Positions 13,484-24,930 of a stretch of DNA of 64,000 nucleotides are shown here, in pieces. The notes under the pieces were generated by a model. It saw only the letters and a list, made by a program, of their open reading frames with translations, searched no databases and was not told the DNA's origin. Made by a program: the position numbers and the translations under genes. Source of the stretch: Pseudomonadota bacterium (GTDB lineage Bacteria > Pseudomonadota > Gammaproteobacteria > Steroidobacterales > Steroidobacteraceae); contig JAYTNX010000090.1 of NCBI GenBank assembly GCA_043748075.1, positions 2,457 through 66,456 on the forward strand. Reading direction: 5' to 3'. The number at the start of each line of letters is the position of its first letter. Positions within the stretch are counted from its first letter, which is position 1.

Positions 13484-16213
13484 GTGTATGCCACAATCGA
13501 GGCACGCGCCGGTCCTGGCGCGCAGCCTCAGCGGTATCCGGCCCTGATCGACCCCGCCAGCGACTTCAGCGCCTCCGACATCCTGGCTCCCCAGGCGTGG
13601 ACGCCTCCTCGCGCGCAACGCCTGCACACGGGACTGGACGTCACCTGCACCAAGATCGCGGTCGACTTCCAGAACCTCAGCCGCGACAGCGCCGAAGCCG
13701 TCTTGCGCGAGAACCTCGACCTGCTGCGCGACGCCTCCGGTTGCGACGCCGCGCTGGCGATCACCCTCGATCCCGCGGGACTCGTGATGGACTCCGTCAC
13801 GGTGTCCCGTGGCACGTTTGCGCAGTGTCATCCCGAAGCCCTGCGCGGCGACAGTATCGAGGCCTGGGGCTGGCTGCGCACCCGTCTCGACCATCTGCGT
13901 CTCTCCGCGCTGCTCGACACGGCCGCGCCGCGCCGTGACCAGCAGGTCGAGGCGCGACGGCTGGCTGAACTTCACATCGGATCGCTGCTACTGGTGACCT
14001 ACCGCATCGGCGGCGTGCCGGCCGGGTTTCTCGGCCTCGCCAACTCGCTGCCGCGCGGTGCCTGGGACGTCAACCTGCAGCTGTTGCTGAAGCTGATCGG
14101 TACCAGTCTCGCCACCGGCCTCGGCCGGCTGAAGCTCGAGGCCCGCCTCGCCAAGCTCGAGGAGCGTGTCGAGCTGTCGAAAGATGCCGCCAACGACGGC
14201 TTGTGGGACTTCGACGTCGAGCGCAATGAGATGTACTTCTCGCCGCGCTGGCGCGTCATGCTCGGCTATTCCGATTCCGACCTGGACCTCGCGCCGGACT
14301 GGCGCGGGCTCGTGCATCCGGAGGACATGTCGCGAGTCCAGGCGGCCATCCGCGAACACGTCGCCGGCAAGTCGCCGATCTTCGAAAGCATTCACCGGAT
14401 GCGCCATTGCAACGGCGAGTGGCGTTGGGTGCAGAGCCGCGCCAAGGCGCGCCTCGACGCCACGGGCCGCCTGCTGCGCCTGGTCGGCGTCGAGCTCGAT
14501 ATCACTGAACGCAAGCTGTACGAGGATGCGCTGTTCCGCGAGAAGGAGAGCGCGCAGATCACGCTGCAGTCGATCGGCGACGGTGTGATCACGACGGACG
14601 CGAACTCGGTCATCGACTACATCAATCCAGTTGCCGAGCAGCTCACCGGCTGGCGCCTGGAAGACGCGATGGGGCGACCCGTCGATGAAATCTTCCGCAC
14701 GTTCCACGAAGAAACCTGCGAGCCGCTCGAGAACCCGCTGACCCAGTCGGTACGCCGGGTGCGCCCGATCAAATCGGTGCGTCCGATGCTATTGATCCGC
14801 AAGGACGGCAACGAGCTGTATGTGGAGAGCACGGCGGCGCCCATCCGTGACGGCGCCGGCAAGGTGTCGGGCGGCGTACTGGTGTTCCACGACGTCAGCG
14901 AGAGCCGCGAGCTAAATCGCCGACTGTCGTACCAGTCGAGCCACGACCTGCTGACGGGGCTGGTCAATCGTCGCGAATTCGAGAGCCGGCTCGAGCGGGC
15001 GCTGAAGAGCGCCAAGGCGCGCGAGTCGTCCTATGCGCTCTGCTATCTCGACCTCGACCAGTTCAAGATCATCAACGACAGTTGCGGGCACTCGGCGGGC
15101 GACGCGCTGCTCGGCCAGGTTGGCTCGCTGCTGAAGGCGAAGGTGCGCTGGCGTGACACGCTGTCGCGGCTCGGTGGCGACGAGTTCGGCGTGCTGCTAG
15201 AAGCCTGCGCGCTCGACGATGCGCTGCGCATGGCCGAGGCGCTGCGCGAGGCCGTACGCAATTTCCGCTTTACCTGGGAGGACCGCGTGTTCCGGCTCGG
15301 CGCCAGCATCGGCGTGGTGCCGATCACCGCCGACAACGAGGACGTGGCCTCGATCATCTCAGCCGCCGACAGCGCCTGCCGAGCCGCCAAGGAGGCGGGG
15401 CGCAACCGGGTGCACAGCTTCGCGGAGAACGACATCGAGCTGATGCGCCGCCGGCGCGAGATGCAATGGGCCGCGCGGATCAACGCCGCACTGGAGGAGG
15501 GCCGCTTCGAGCTCTACCGCATGACGATCCAGCCGCTGCAGAAGCCCGAGACCGGCGCGCACTACGAACTGCTGCTGCGCATGCGGGACGAGAACGGCAA
15601 GGTGGTGGCGCCCGATAGCTTCATGGCGGCCGCCGAACGCTACGGCATCATGCCGTCGATCGATCGCTGGGTGATCGAGAACGCGCTGCGCTGGCTGGTC
15701 TCCGAGGCCGACGAGCGCGAGAACCTGGCACTGTGCGCGATCAACCTGTCGGGCCAGAGTCTTGGCGATGACAAGTTCCTGCCCTTCGTCATCGAGCAGT
15801 TCCAGCGCACCGGTATCGATGCGGCCAAGATCTGCTTCGAGATCACCGAGACGGCCGCGGTTGCGAACTTCTCGCAGGCGAATCGCTTCATCCAGGCGCT
15901 CAAGGAACTGGGCTGCAAGTTCTCGCTCGACGACTTCGGCACCGGTCTGTCGTCGTTCGGTTACCTGAAGCATTTCCCGGTCGACTTCCTGAAGATCGAT
16001 GGAAGCTTCGTGCGTGAAATCCTGCACGACCCGATCGACCGCGAAATGGTGCGTTCGATCAATGAAATCGGCCACCTGACCGGCAAGCTGACGATCGCGG
16101 AATTCGCCGAGAACGCTGAAATCATCCAGATGCTGCGCAGCCTCGGCGTCGACTATGCCCAGGGCTATGGAATCGCCCAGCCGCAGCGCGTCCTTAAGGC
16201 AGTGAATTCCTGA
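13484..16213 (+). CDS. Multidomain c-di-GMP protein: N-terminal sensor (GAF-like), 2x PAS, GGDEF, EAL
   Basis: GTG start. The PAS region is 'NDGLWDFDVERNEMYFSPRWRVMLGY...'. The GGDEF motif 'RLGGDEFGVLL' has an RxxD I-site ('RWRD') with its Asp 6 residues before the first Gly. EAL-domain motifs are 'ELLLR', 'EITET', 'DDFGTG', 'KIDGSF' and 'QGY'. Confidence 0.85.
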   Translation: MYATIEARAGPGAQPQRYPALIDPASDFSASDILAPQAWTPPRAQRLHTGLDVTCTKIAVDFQNLSRDSAEAVLRENLDLLRDASGCDAALAITLDPAGLVMDSVTVSRGTFAQCHPEALRGDSIEAWGWLRTRLDHLRLSALLDTAAPRRDQQVEARRLAELHIGSLLLVTYRIGGVPAGFLGLANSLPRGAWDVNLQLLLKLIGTSLATGLGRLKLEARLAKLEERVELSKDAANDGLWDFDVERNEMYFSPRWRVMLGYSDSDLDLAPDWRGLVHPEDMSRVQAAIREHVAGKSPIFESIHRMRHCNGEWRWVQSRAKARLDATGRLLRLVGVELDITERKLYEDALFREKESAQITLQSIGDGVITTDANSVIDYINPVAEQLTGWRLEDAMGRPVDEIFRTFHEETCEPLENPLTQSVRRVRPIKSVRPMLLIRKDGNELYVESTAAPIRDGAGKVSGGVLVFHDVSESRELNRRLSYQSSHDLLTGLVNRREFESRLERALKSAKARESSYALCYLDLDQFKIINDSCGHSAGDALLGQVGSLLKAKVRWRDTLSRLGGDEFGVLLEACALDDALRMAEALREAVRNFRFTWEDRVFRLGASIGVVPITADNEDVASIISAADSACRAAKEAGRNRVHSFAENDIELMRRRREMQWAARINAALEEGRFELYRMTIQPLQKPETGAHYELLLRMRDENGKVVAPDSFMAAAERYGIMPSIDRWVIENALRWLVSEADERENLALCAINLSGQSLGDDKFLPFVIEQFQRTGIDAAKICFEITETAAVANFSQANRFIQALKELGCKFSLDDFGTGLSSFGYLKHFPVDFLKIDGSFVREILHDPIDREMVRSINEIGHLTGKLTIAEFAENAEIIQMLRSLGVDYAQGYGIAQPQRVLKAVNS

Positions 16214-16241
16214 TTATATTTAGGATCTTACCAGGGTAATC

Positions 16242-17168
16242 TCAGGTACATTCTGGGCTAGGCGAGGCCACGAATTCGATCCGCATCGAGAGGTCGACGG
16301 CGGCGACGTGCTTGGTCAGGCCGCCGATCGAGACGAAGTCGACACCGGTCTGCGCGATCTGCCGCACGGACGACAGTGAAACGCCGCCCGACGCCTCCAG
16401 TCGCGCGCGTCCCGCGACCGCATCGCGCCGCACGACAGCCGCCCGCATGTCCTGGAGCGACAGCTCATCGAGCATCACGAGGTCGGCCCCGGACTCGAAT
16501 GCCTGTTCCAGCTCGACGAGCGATTCCACCTCGACTTCCACCGCGACGCCCGGTGCGAGTCGCCGGGCGGTCGCGACGGCCGCAGCGATCGAGCCGGCCG
16601 CGAGGATATGGTTCTCCTTGACGAGCACCATGTCATGGAGGCCCATTCGGTGGTTCTGGCCGCCACCGCAGCGAACGGCGTACTTCTGCGCCAGCCGCAG
16701 GCCGGGCAGAGTCTTGCGGGTATCGAGGATGCGGCAGGCGGTGCCGGCGACTGCGTCGACGAAGCGACGCGTGACGGTGGCGGTGGCCGACAGGGTCTGC
16801 AGGAAATTCAGCGCGGTGCGCTCGCCGGTCAACACGGCGCGGGCCGGTCCCGCGACGTGACAAAGCACGGCGTCGGCGGCGACGCGATCACCGTCTGCAG
16901 CCCGCCAGTCGACCTGCACCCCGGAATCGAGTTGGAGAAACGTGGCGTCGAACCACGCCCGGCCGCAGAGAACCGCGGATTCGCGCGAGATCACGTGGGC
17001 GCGGACTTGCTGGCTCAGCGGCACCAGGGCTGCCGTGACATCGCCGGGCCCGACATCCTCCGCCAGCGCCCGCGCTACCTGCGCCCCGAGGTCGGGCGGC
17101 AGGCCGCTCGACGTCTCGGGATAGCCGATCGTCAGAACGGCAGCCCGTGCGACTGAGCGGACATGCAC
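16242..17168 (-). CDS. nadC: Nicotinate-nucleotide pyrophosphorylase (quinolinate phosphoribosyltransferase)
   Basis: Supporting motifs are '[16 protein letters not shown]', '[13 protein letters not shown]', '[31 protein letters not shown]' and '[13 protein letters not shown]'. The start is uncertain. GTG 17168 is the nearest in-frame canonical start, and the ORF-track start at 17447 is clearly too long. Confidence 0.8.
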   Translation of the reverse strand: MHVRSVARAAVLTIGYPETSSGLPPDLGAQVARALAEDVGPGDVTAALVPLSQQVRAHVISRESAVLCGRAWFDATFLQLDSGVQVDWRAADGDRVAADAVLCHVAGPARAVLTGERTALNFLQTLSATATVTRRFVDAVAGTACRILDTRKTLPGLRLAQKYAVRCGGGQNHRMGLHDMVLVKENHILAAGSIAAAVATARRLAPGVAVEVEVESLVELEQAFESGADLVMLDELSLQDMRAAVVRRDAVAGRARLEASGGVSLSSVRQIAQTGVDFVSIGGLTKHVAAVDLSMRIEFVASPSPECT

Positions 17169-17710
17169 AGCAACATCGGGAAGGACAGCAAGAAGTTCGT
17201 GCGCGAGGTCAGCGTCGCCGTGCGGCGGGCCCTGGCCTTTTCTTCGTCTGTGGCGGCGACGATGCCCAGCACCTTCTTCTGGTTCGGCCAGATCAGCACC
17301 CAGACATTGAACAGCATGATGGAGCCGAGCCAGACACCGATGCCGATGACCTGGCTGCCTTCCTGAAGGGTAAAGGCCGGCATCAAGCGCGCGCCGAGCA
17401 GCCACGCGCCAGTGAGCCAGGTGGCGACGGCGGCCCAGCGGAACCACAGCAGGGCGCGCGGCGCGACGTACTTGGTGATGCCGGCACCGCCCGGCCCGCC
17501 CTTGTCCGCACCGGCGGCCGCGAGCGCGGGAATCTGCGCGACGTTGAAGTAGTAGAGCAAGCCGATCCAGAAGATGCCGGTGACGATGTGCAGCCAGCGC
17601 GACAGGCCGCCGTCGTTGTAGGCCGAGCCGGGGATGATGACCATCACGACGATCGCGAACACCAGCCCGAGGACGATCGTGAATGGGACACTGTCGAGGG
17701 GGTTCTTCAT
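17132..17710 (-). CDS. Integral membrane protein (~192 aa, 4-5 TM). It may be related to the N-terminal membrane domain of PuuD-type urate hydroxylases.
   Basis: I trimmed ORF 17132..17914 to ATG 17710, which has a GGAGAC RBS. The '[24 protein letters not shown]' motif is present. The family assignment is from memory only. Confidence 0.6.
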   Translation of the reverse strand: MKNPLDSVPFTIVLGLVFAIVVMVIIPGSAYNDGGLSRWLHIVTGIFWIGLLYYFNVAQIPALAAAGADKGGPGGAGITKYVAPRALLWFRWAAVATWLTGAWLLGARLMPAFTLQEGSQVIGIGVWLGSIMLFNVWVLIWPNQKKVLGIVAATDEEKARARRTATLTSRTNFLLSFPMLLCMSAQSHGLPF

Positions 17711-17840
17711 CTGCGTTGTCTCCGGCTTATGTTCGAGTCGTCGAGTGCGCCCGGCCCGACCGCGGCGGGTTTGAAGAATAGGCCAGCACCCCCCATAATT
17801 CAACGTTGTAGCGGTCATGCTCTGACCACGGAACAGGTCG

Positions 17841-18050
17841 ATGCCCATTGCCCTCGATGTCGGCCCGTCGTCCGCGCCGATGTCTCCCTGCGTCAGTGTG
17901 TGTTCGCTCGACATTGACGGTCATTGCGCGGGATGCCTTCGCACCCGTGACGAGATCGCCGGTTGGCTGCGCATGTCTTCGGCCCAGCAGTGGGCGCTGA
18001 TCCAGGAGCTGGGCCAGCGACGCGAGGCGCGGTCGTCCGTTCGCCGCTGA
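17841..18050 (+). CDS. DUF1289-family small Cys-rich (Fe-S-like) protein
   Basis: 'SPCVSVCSLDIDGHCAGCLRTRDEIAGWLRMS' matches the DUF1289 signature (SPCxxxCxxDxxxxCxGCxRTxxEIxxW). Confidence 0.7.
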   Translation: MPIALDVGPSSAPMSPCVSVCSLDIDGHCAGCLRTRDEIAGWLRMSSAQQWALIQELGQRREARSSVRR

Positions 18051-18158
18051 TCGCGCCAAAGGATCGGGCCAACGCATCGCGCCAATGGGATTGCCATTTC
18101 TGAAGGCTCGCTTCCTGAATCGTCAAGAAACGCTGGAACATCGAAAACGGAGAGTCCC

Positions 18159-18488
18159 ATGGACGTCGTCGAACGCATCAAGGCCCAGCTGAGCGCCGCA
18201 CCCGTCGTGCTGTTCATGAAGGGCACCCCCGATTTTCCGCAGTGCGGCTTTTCGGCGCAGGCCGTCGCTGCGCTGCGCGCTTGCGGCGCCGCCTTCGCGC
18301 ACGTGAACATCTTCGAGGATCCTGAACTGCGCGACGCGCTGAAGCGGTACTCGAACTGGCCGACCTTTCCGCAGCTCTACCTCAAGGGCGAGTTGCTCGG
18401 TGGCTGCGACATCACGCTCGAGATGTTCCGCAGCGGCGAGTTGAAAAAGGTGCTCGACGCGTCGGGCGCGACCGCCGCACACGCCTGA
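18159..18488 (+). CDS. grxD: Monothiol glutaredoxin Grx4
   Basis: 'VVLFMKGTPDFPQCGFSAQAV...WPTFPQLYLKGELLGGCDI' contains the CGFS active site. The RBS is GGAGAG. Confidence 0.92.
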   Translation: MDVVERIKAQLSAAPVVLFMKGTPDFPQCGFSAQAVAALRACGAAFAHVNIFEDPELRDALKRYSNWPTFPQLYLKGELLGGCDITLEMFRSGELKKVLDASGATAAHA

Positions 18489-18516
18489 ACCCGCGGCCCT
18501 CCTGCGGCCCCCCGCC

Positions 18517-19290
18517 TCAGCCGTCCGCGGGCGCTGCCTCATTTCCCGCAGGCGCATTTTCCTCCGGCGCATCTCCCGTCGGCGCATCACCCGTCGGCGC
18601 ATCACCCGTGGCGGAACGCGCGGACGTCGCCGCCCCGTCGTCGTGCCAGCCCAGCGCGCGCGCGCGTTCCTCGGCCTCGAGGTAGCTCGGCAGGCAGCTG
18701 TTGCAGATGCGGCAGAACAGGTCGGCGGTGCGCTCTGCGTCATAGGCGGCCGAGTGCGCCGATGACGAATCCCAGTCCATGCCGGCCACTTTGGCCGCCT
18801 TGGCCAGCACGGTCTGTCCCAGCGCGGCACCCGCCAGAGTCACCGTGTCGAAGCACGAGAACGGATGGAACGGATTGCGCTTGATGTCGCAGCGCTGCGC
18901 CGCCGCGTTCAGGAACGAGAGGTCGAAGTTGGCATTGTGCCCGACCAGGATCGCGCGTTTGCAGCCCTGGTCGCGGATTCCCTGGCGCACTTCCTTGAAG
19001 ATGCGCGACAGCGCGTCGCGTTCGTCGATCGCCGGACGCAGCGGGTGGAACGGATCGATGCCATTGACCGCGAGCGAGGCGGCCTCGAGGTTGGCGCCTT
19101 CGAAGGGCTTCACGTGGTAGCAATGCGTGGCGCCGCGCCGCAGGACGCCCTGCGGGTCGATCGTGACGAGCACGGCGGCAATTTCCAGCAGCGCATCGCG
19201 CGCGGCACTGAAGCCACCGGTCTCGACGTCGACGACCACCGGCAGGAACCCACGGAAGCGGCGCGCCATCGTGACGCTGGCGGCGTTCAT
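18517..19290 (-). CDS. rnt: Ribonuclease T (DEDDh exonuclease) with an extended low-complexity C-terminal tail
   Basis: Supporting motifs are '[17 protein letters not shown]', '[13 protein letters not shown]' and '[14 protein letters not shown]'. The ATG forms an ATGA overlap with the pyrC stop. Confidence 0.9.
   Translation of the reverse strand: MNAASVTMARRFRGFLPVVVDVETGGFSAARDALLEIAAVLVTIDPQGVLRRGATHCYHVKPFEGANLEAASLAVNGIDPFHPLRPAIDERDALSRIFKEVRQGIRDQGCKRAILVGHNANFDLSFLNAAAQRCDIKRNPFHPFSCFDTVTLAGAALGQTVLAKAAKVAGMDWDSSSAHSAAYDAERTADLFCRICNSCLPSYLEAEERARALGWHDDGAATSARSATGDAPTGDAPTGDAPEENAPAGNEAAPADG
18551..18610. repeat. Four tandem 15-bp units inside the rnt 3' end, encoding (T/E)(G/E)(D/N)AP pentapeptides
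   Basis: The four units are ggcgcattttcctcc, ggcgcatctcccgtc, ggcgcatcacccgtc and ggcgcatcacccgtg. The protein tail reads '...[30 protein letters not shown]'. Confidence 0.85.
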
Positions 19291-20360
19291 CCGGCGACCA
19301 GCGACCAGAGTGTGTGGCCGCCAGCGCGCATCGGTATGAGTTCCTCGTCGACGCCGCAGCGGTCGACGCCGAAGCGCAGGCGTTCCGGGACGGCCGTCGG
19401 CGCTCGGCGCAGCGTGATGGTGCCGGCGTTGCGCGGCAGGCGGTAGAAGTCGGCGCCGAAGGCGTGGGCGAAGCCCTCGAGGCGCGGTAGGGCGCCCGCC
19501 GCGTCGAAGGCTTCGGCATACAACTCGATGCCCGCATGCGCCGAGTACATGCCTGCGCAGCCGCAGTCGCTCTCCTTGGCGTGGCGCGGGTGCGGCGCAC
19601 TGTCGGTGCCCAGGAAGAAGCGCGGCTCGCCACCGGTGGCCGCCTCAGTCAGCGCGAGACGGTCCGGCTCGGTCTTCAGGACCGGCAGGCAGTAGAAATG
19701 CGGCCGGATGCCGCCGGCAAACATTGCGTTGCGATTGTGCAGCAAGTGCTGCGGCGTGATCGTCGCACCCACGCCCGCCCGCGCCTGGCGCACGAACGCC
19801 ACTGCGGCGGCCGTCGTGATGTGCTCGAAAACGACGCGCAGCCGGGGATGGCGTTCGAGCAGTGGCGCCAGCGCCTCGTCGATGAATCGCGCTTCGCGGT
19901 CGAAAACATCCACCGCGTCCCTCGTCACCTCGCCGTGGACCTGCAGGACGATGCCGCATTCCGCCATGCGCGCGAGCACCGCATCGATGTGTGCGAGATC
20001 GGTGACTCCTGCGTTCGAGTGCGTGGTCGCGCCGGCCGGATATAGCTTGAAACCATGTACGAAGCCACTGGCGAGCGCGCGGTCCACTTCGTCGGGCGGC
20101 GTGCGATCGGTCAGGTAGAGGGTCATCAGCGGCTGGAAACCGGAGCCGGCCGGTCGCGCCGCGAGGATCCGCTCGCGATACTGCGCAGCCATAGGCGTCG
20201 TCGTGATCGGCGGCTTCAGATTCGGCATCACCATGGCGCGCGCAAAGCGCGCGGTCGTATGCGGCAGCACCGCCGCGAGGGCCGCGCCGTCGCGCAGGTG
20301 CAGGTGCCAGTCGTCGGGGCGCCCGAGGGCGATCACATCCACGCTACCGGGCGAACTCAC
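19287..20360 (-). CDS. pyrC: Dihydroorotase (class II, PyrC type)
   Basis: I trimmed ORF 19287..20975 to GTG 20360, which forms a GTGA overlap with the upstream M17 stop. Supporting motifs are '[12 protein letters not shown]', '[10 protein letters not shown]', '[12 protein letters not shown]' and 'FLGTDSAPH'. Confidence 0.88.
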   Translation of the reverse strand: MSSPGSVDVIALGRPDDWHLHLRDGAALAAVLPHTTARFARAMVMPNLKPPITTTPMAAQYRERILAARPAGSGFQPLMTLYLTDRTPPDEVDRALASGFVHGFKLYPAGATTHSNAGVTDLAHIDAVLARMAECGIVLQVHGEVTRDAVDVFDREARFIDEALAPLLERHPRLRVVFEHITTAAAVAFVRQARAGVGATITPQHLLHNRNAMFAGGIRPHFYCLPVLKTEPDRLALTEAATGGEPRFFLGTDSAPHPRHAKESDCGCAGMYSAHAGIELYAEAFDAAGALPRLEGFAHAFGADFYRLPRNAGTITLRRAPTAVPERLRFGVDRCGVDEELIPMRAGGHTLWSLVAG

Positions 20361-21892
20361 GGGGCGGCTCGCGAGGCTGCGCGACGGAGGGCGAGGGCGG
20401 GCAGGACGGGCTGGTCCAGCAGCAGGTCGAGCGCGAAGCGCACGCCGAAGCCCGTGATGTCGGTCGCGACATGGCCGAGGCCGCCGCTGCGCGTCGCCGC
20501 GGAGAGGTCGACGTGCGCCCAGGCCACCGACTCGGGCACGAAATTCGCGAGGAATCGCGCGGCGAGGATGTGGTCGCCCTTGCCGTCGACGGCGCACTGC
20601 AGCAGGTCGGCGACCTTGCTGTGCAGGTCGGTATCGTAGTCGGCGTCCATCGGGAAACACACCACGCGCTCGCCGCTGTCGCGGCCGGCGGCCTCGAGCA
20701 GGGGCTCCAGCGCGGGACGGTTGGTGAAGACGCCGCTCTGTCGCTCCGTCAGTGCGACGACGCAGGCGCCGGTCAGCGTCGCGAAATCCAGGATCAGCCG
20801 TGGCTCGCGTCGCGCGGCGAGCGCCAGCGTGTCGGCGAGCGCCATGCGGCCCTCGGCGTCGGTGTGGATCACCTGGATGGTCTTGCCGTTGCAGGCCCGC
20901 ACGACGTCCTGGGGGCGATAGGCCGTCGGGCCGATGCGGTTCTCGGTGATCGCGAGCCAGCAGTCGACCGACCACGGGGCCTGCAGCTGGGCGAGGGCGA
21001 GCAGCAGGCCCAGCGCGACCGCACTACCGGCCATGTCGGTGTGCATGTCGAGCATGCTGCGATGCGGCTTGAGGTTCGTGCCGCCGGTGTCGAACAGGAT
21101 GCCCTTGCCGACCAGCGCGAGCCGCGGACGAGTCACGCCGCGCGCGCGCGGCTGCCAGCTGAGCCGGGCGATGCCCGCATCGCGCGTGGCATTGCCCGCG
21201 GACACCGCAAGAAAGGCGCCGGCACCGAGCTTGCGCAAGGCGGCTTCGCCGTACCACTGCATCGTCAGGCCGGTATCGCGGGCCAGGCCCTGCAGCGCCC
21301 TGCGATAGCCGCCGGCGTCGAGCACGTTCGGCGGCAGCGAGGTCAGCCAGCGCGCGAGATTCGCCGCCTGCGCGGTGGCGCGCAGCCGCGCGAGATCGAG
21401 TGCAGCGCTGGCATGCAGGTCGAGTTCATCCAGCGTAGCGCGGGGCGAAGGTGCAGTGAGGAACGCCGGCAGGTTGAAAGACTGCGAGAGCGCGGCCGCC
21501 GCCAGCGCTTCGACGACGGCGTCGGCATCGCGGCGCGACGGCGCCGCCGCGAGCGCGATGCGGCGCGGCTTGCGCGCGAGCGCGCTGCGCAGCATTTCGC
21601 CCGCGAGGCTGAGCCGGGTGAACGCATCGGCGCCTTCGGCGAGCACGCCGACTACCACCAGGGTCTGCCGCGAATTGGCGAGGGTGAAGGTCGCGCACCG
21701 GCCCGGCTGGGGACGTTCGCGTTCCAGCAGTGCGGCGATCCCTGCCGCAGGCCCGAGGCCGCGCAGCGCGACGGCTCGACTGGCGGGCGAGACGACGACA
21801 CAGAGCGCATCGAGCGCGTCGAGGCGTGCCCCGGACGGCGGGACGGAGAGGCGGCGCAGTGCCGGCAAGGGCTGATCGGGAAGCAGGGACAC
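20357..21892 (-). CDS. M17-family leucyl aminopeptidase paralogue
   Basis: GTG start. 'LVGKGILFDTGGTNLKP', 'MHTDMAGSAVALG' and 'VIHTDAEGRMALADTL' retain the M17 metal and catalytic residues. The N-terminal domain diverges from the canonical pepA at 59782-61287. Confidence 0.8.
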   Translation of the reverse strand: MSLLPDQPLPALRRLSVPPSGARLDALDALCVVVSPASRAVALRGLGPAAGIAALLERERPQPGRCATFTLANSRQTLVVVGVLAEGADAFTRLSLAGEMLRSALARKPRRIALAAAPSRRDADAVVEALAAAALSQSFNLPAFLTAPSPRATLDELDLHASAALDLARLRATAQAANLARWLTSLPPNVLDAGGYRRALQGLARDTGLTMQWYGEAALRKLGAGAFLAVSAGNATRDAGIARLSWQPRARGVTRPRLALVGKGILFDTGGTNLKPHRSMLDMHTDMAGSAVALGLLLALAQLQAPWSVDCWLAITENRIGPTAYRPQDVVRACNGKTIQVIHTDAEGRMALADTLALAARREPRLILDFATLTGACVVALTERQSGVFTNRPALEPLLEAAGRDSGERVVCFPMDADYDTDLHSKVADLLQCAVDGKGDHILAARFLANFVPESVAWAHVDLSAATRSGGLGHVATDITGFGVRFALDLLLDQPVLPALALRRAASRAAP

Positions 21893-22251
21893 GGCGCGTC
21901 AGACTCGGAAGAACGTCGATGAAGATGCTAGCACAGCGAGCCTCGGGCTACCGGCGGCACGCCGTGCCCGAGGACGTCTTCCCGGTTCATCGCATCGATG
22001 CCGTCGGACGCCACTGCGCCGAACACGCGCGCGAGATGGGTTCCGACTCGACCCCACGCGCACCGCCAACCGGCACGAGGCCGGATCTGGCTCAGTGTCA
22101 ATGGCAAATGGCGTCAGCAGGCGGACGTCGCGGAGATGTCTTGCAGCGGTGGCGATTTCGGTGGCCCAGTCGATGACCTGAATGGGCAGTGGGCGGGTTA
22201 ACATAGCGTTCCAGGCCGCCCGAGGCGGGCCGCACCGCATGGGTCCCGCAG

Positions 22252-24915
<2,664 letters not shown>

Positions 24916-24930
24916 CACCACGGGTCCGCC

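Noticed and set aside
16226-16240. 'cttaccagggtaat' resembles part of the I-SceI homing-endonuclease site (TAGGGATAACAGGGTAAT).
   Set aside because: Only the 9-nt core CAGGGTAAT matches. There is no intron, intein or endonuclease gene nearby. It is most simply a chance match in an AT-rich convergent spacer.
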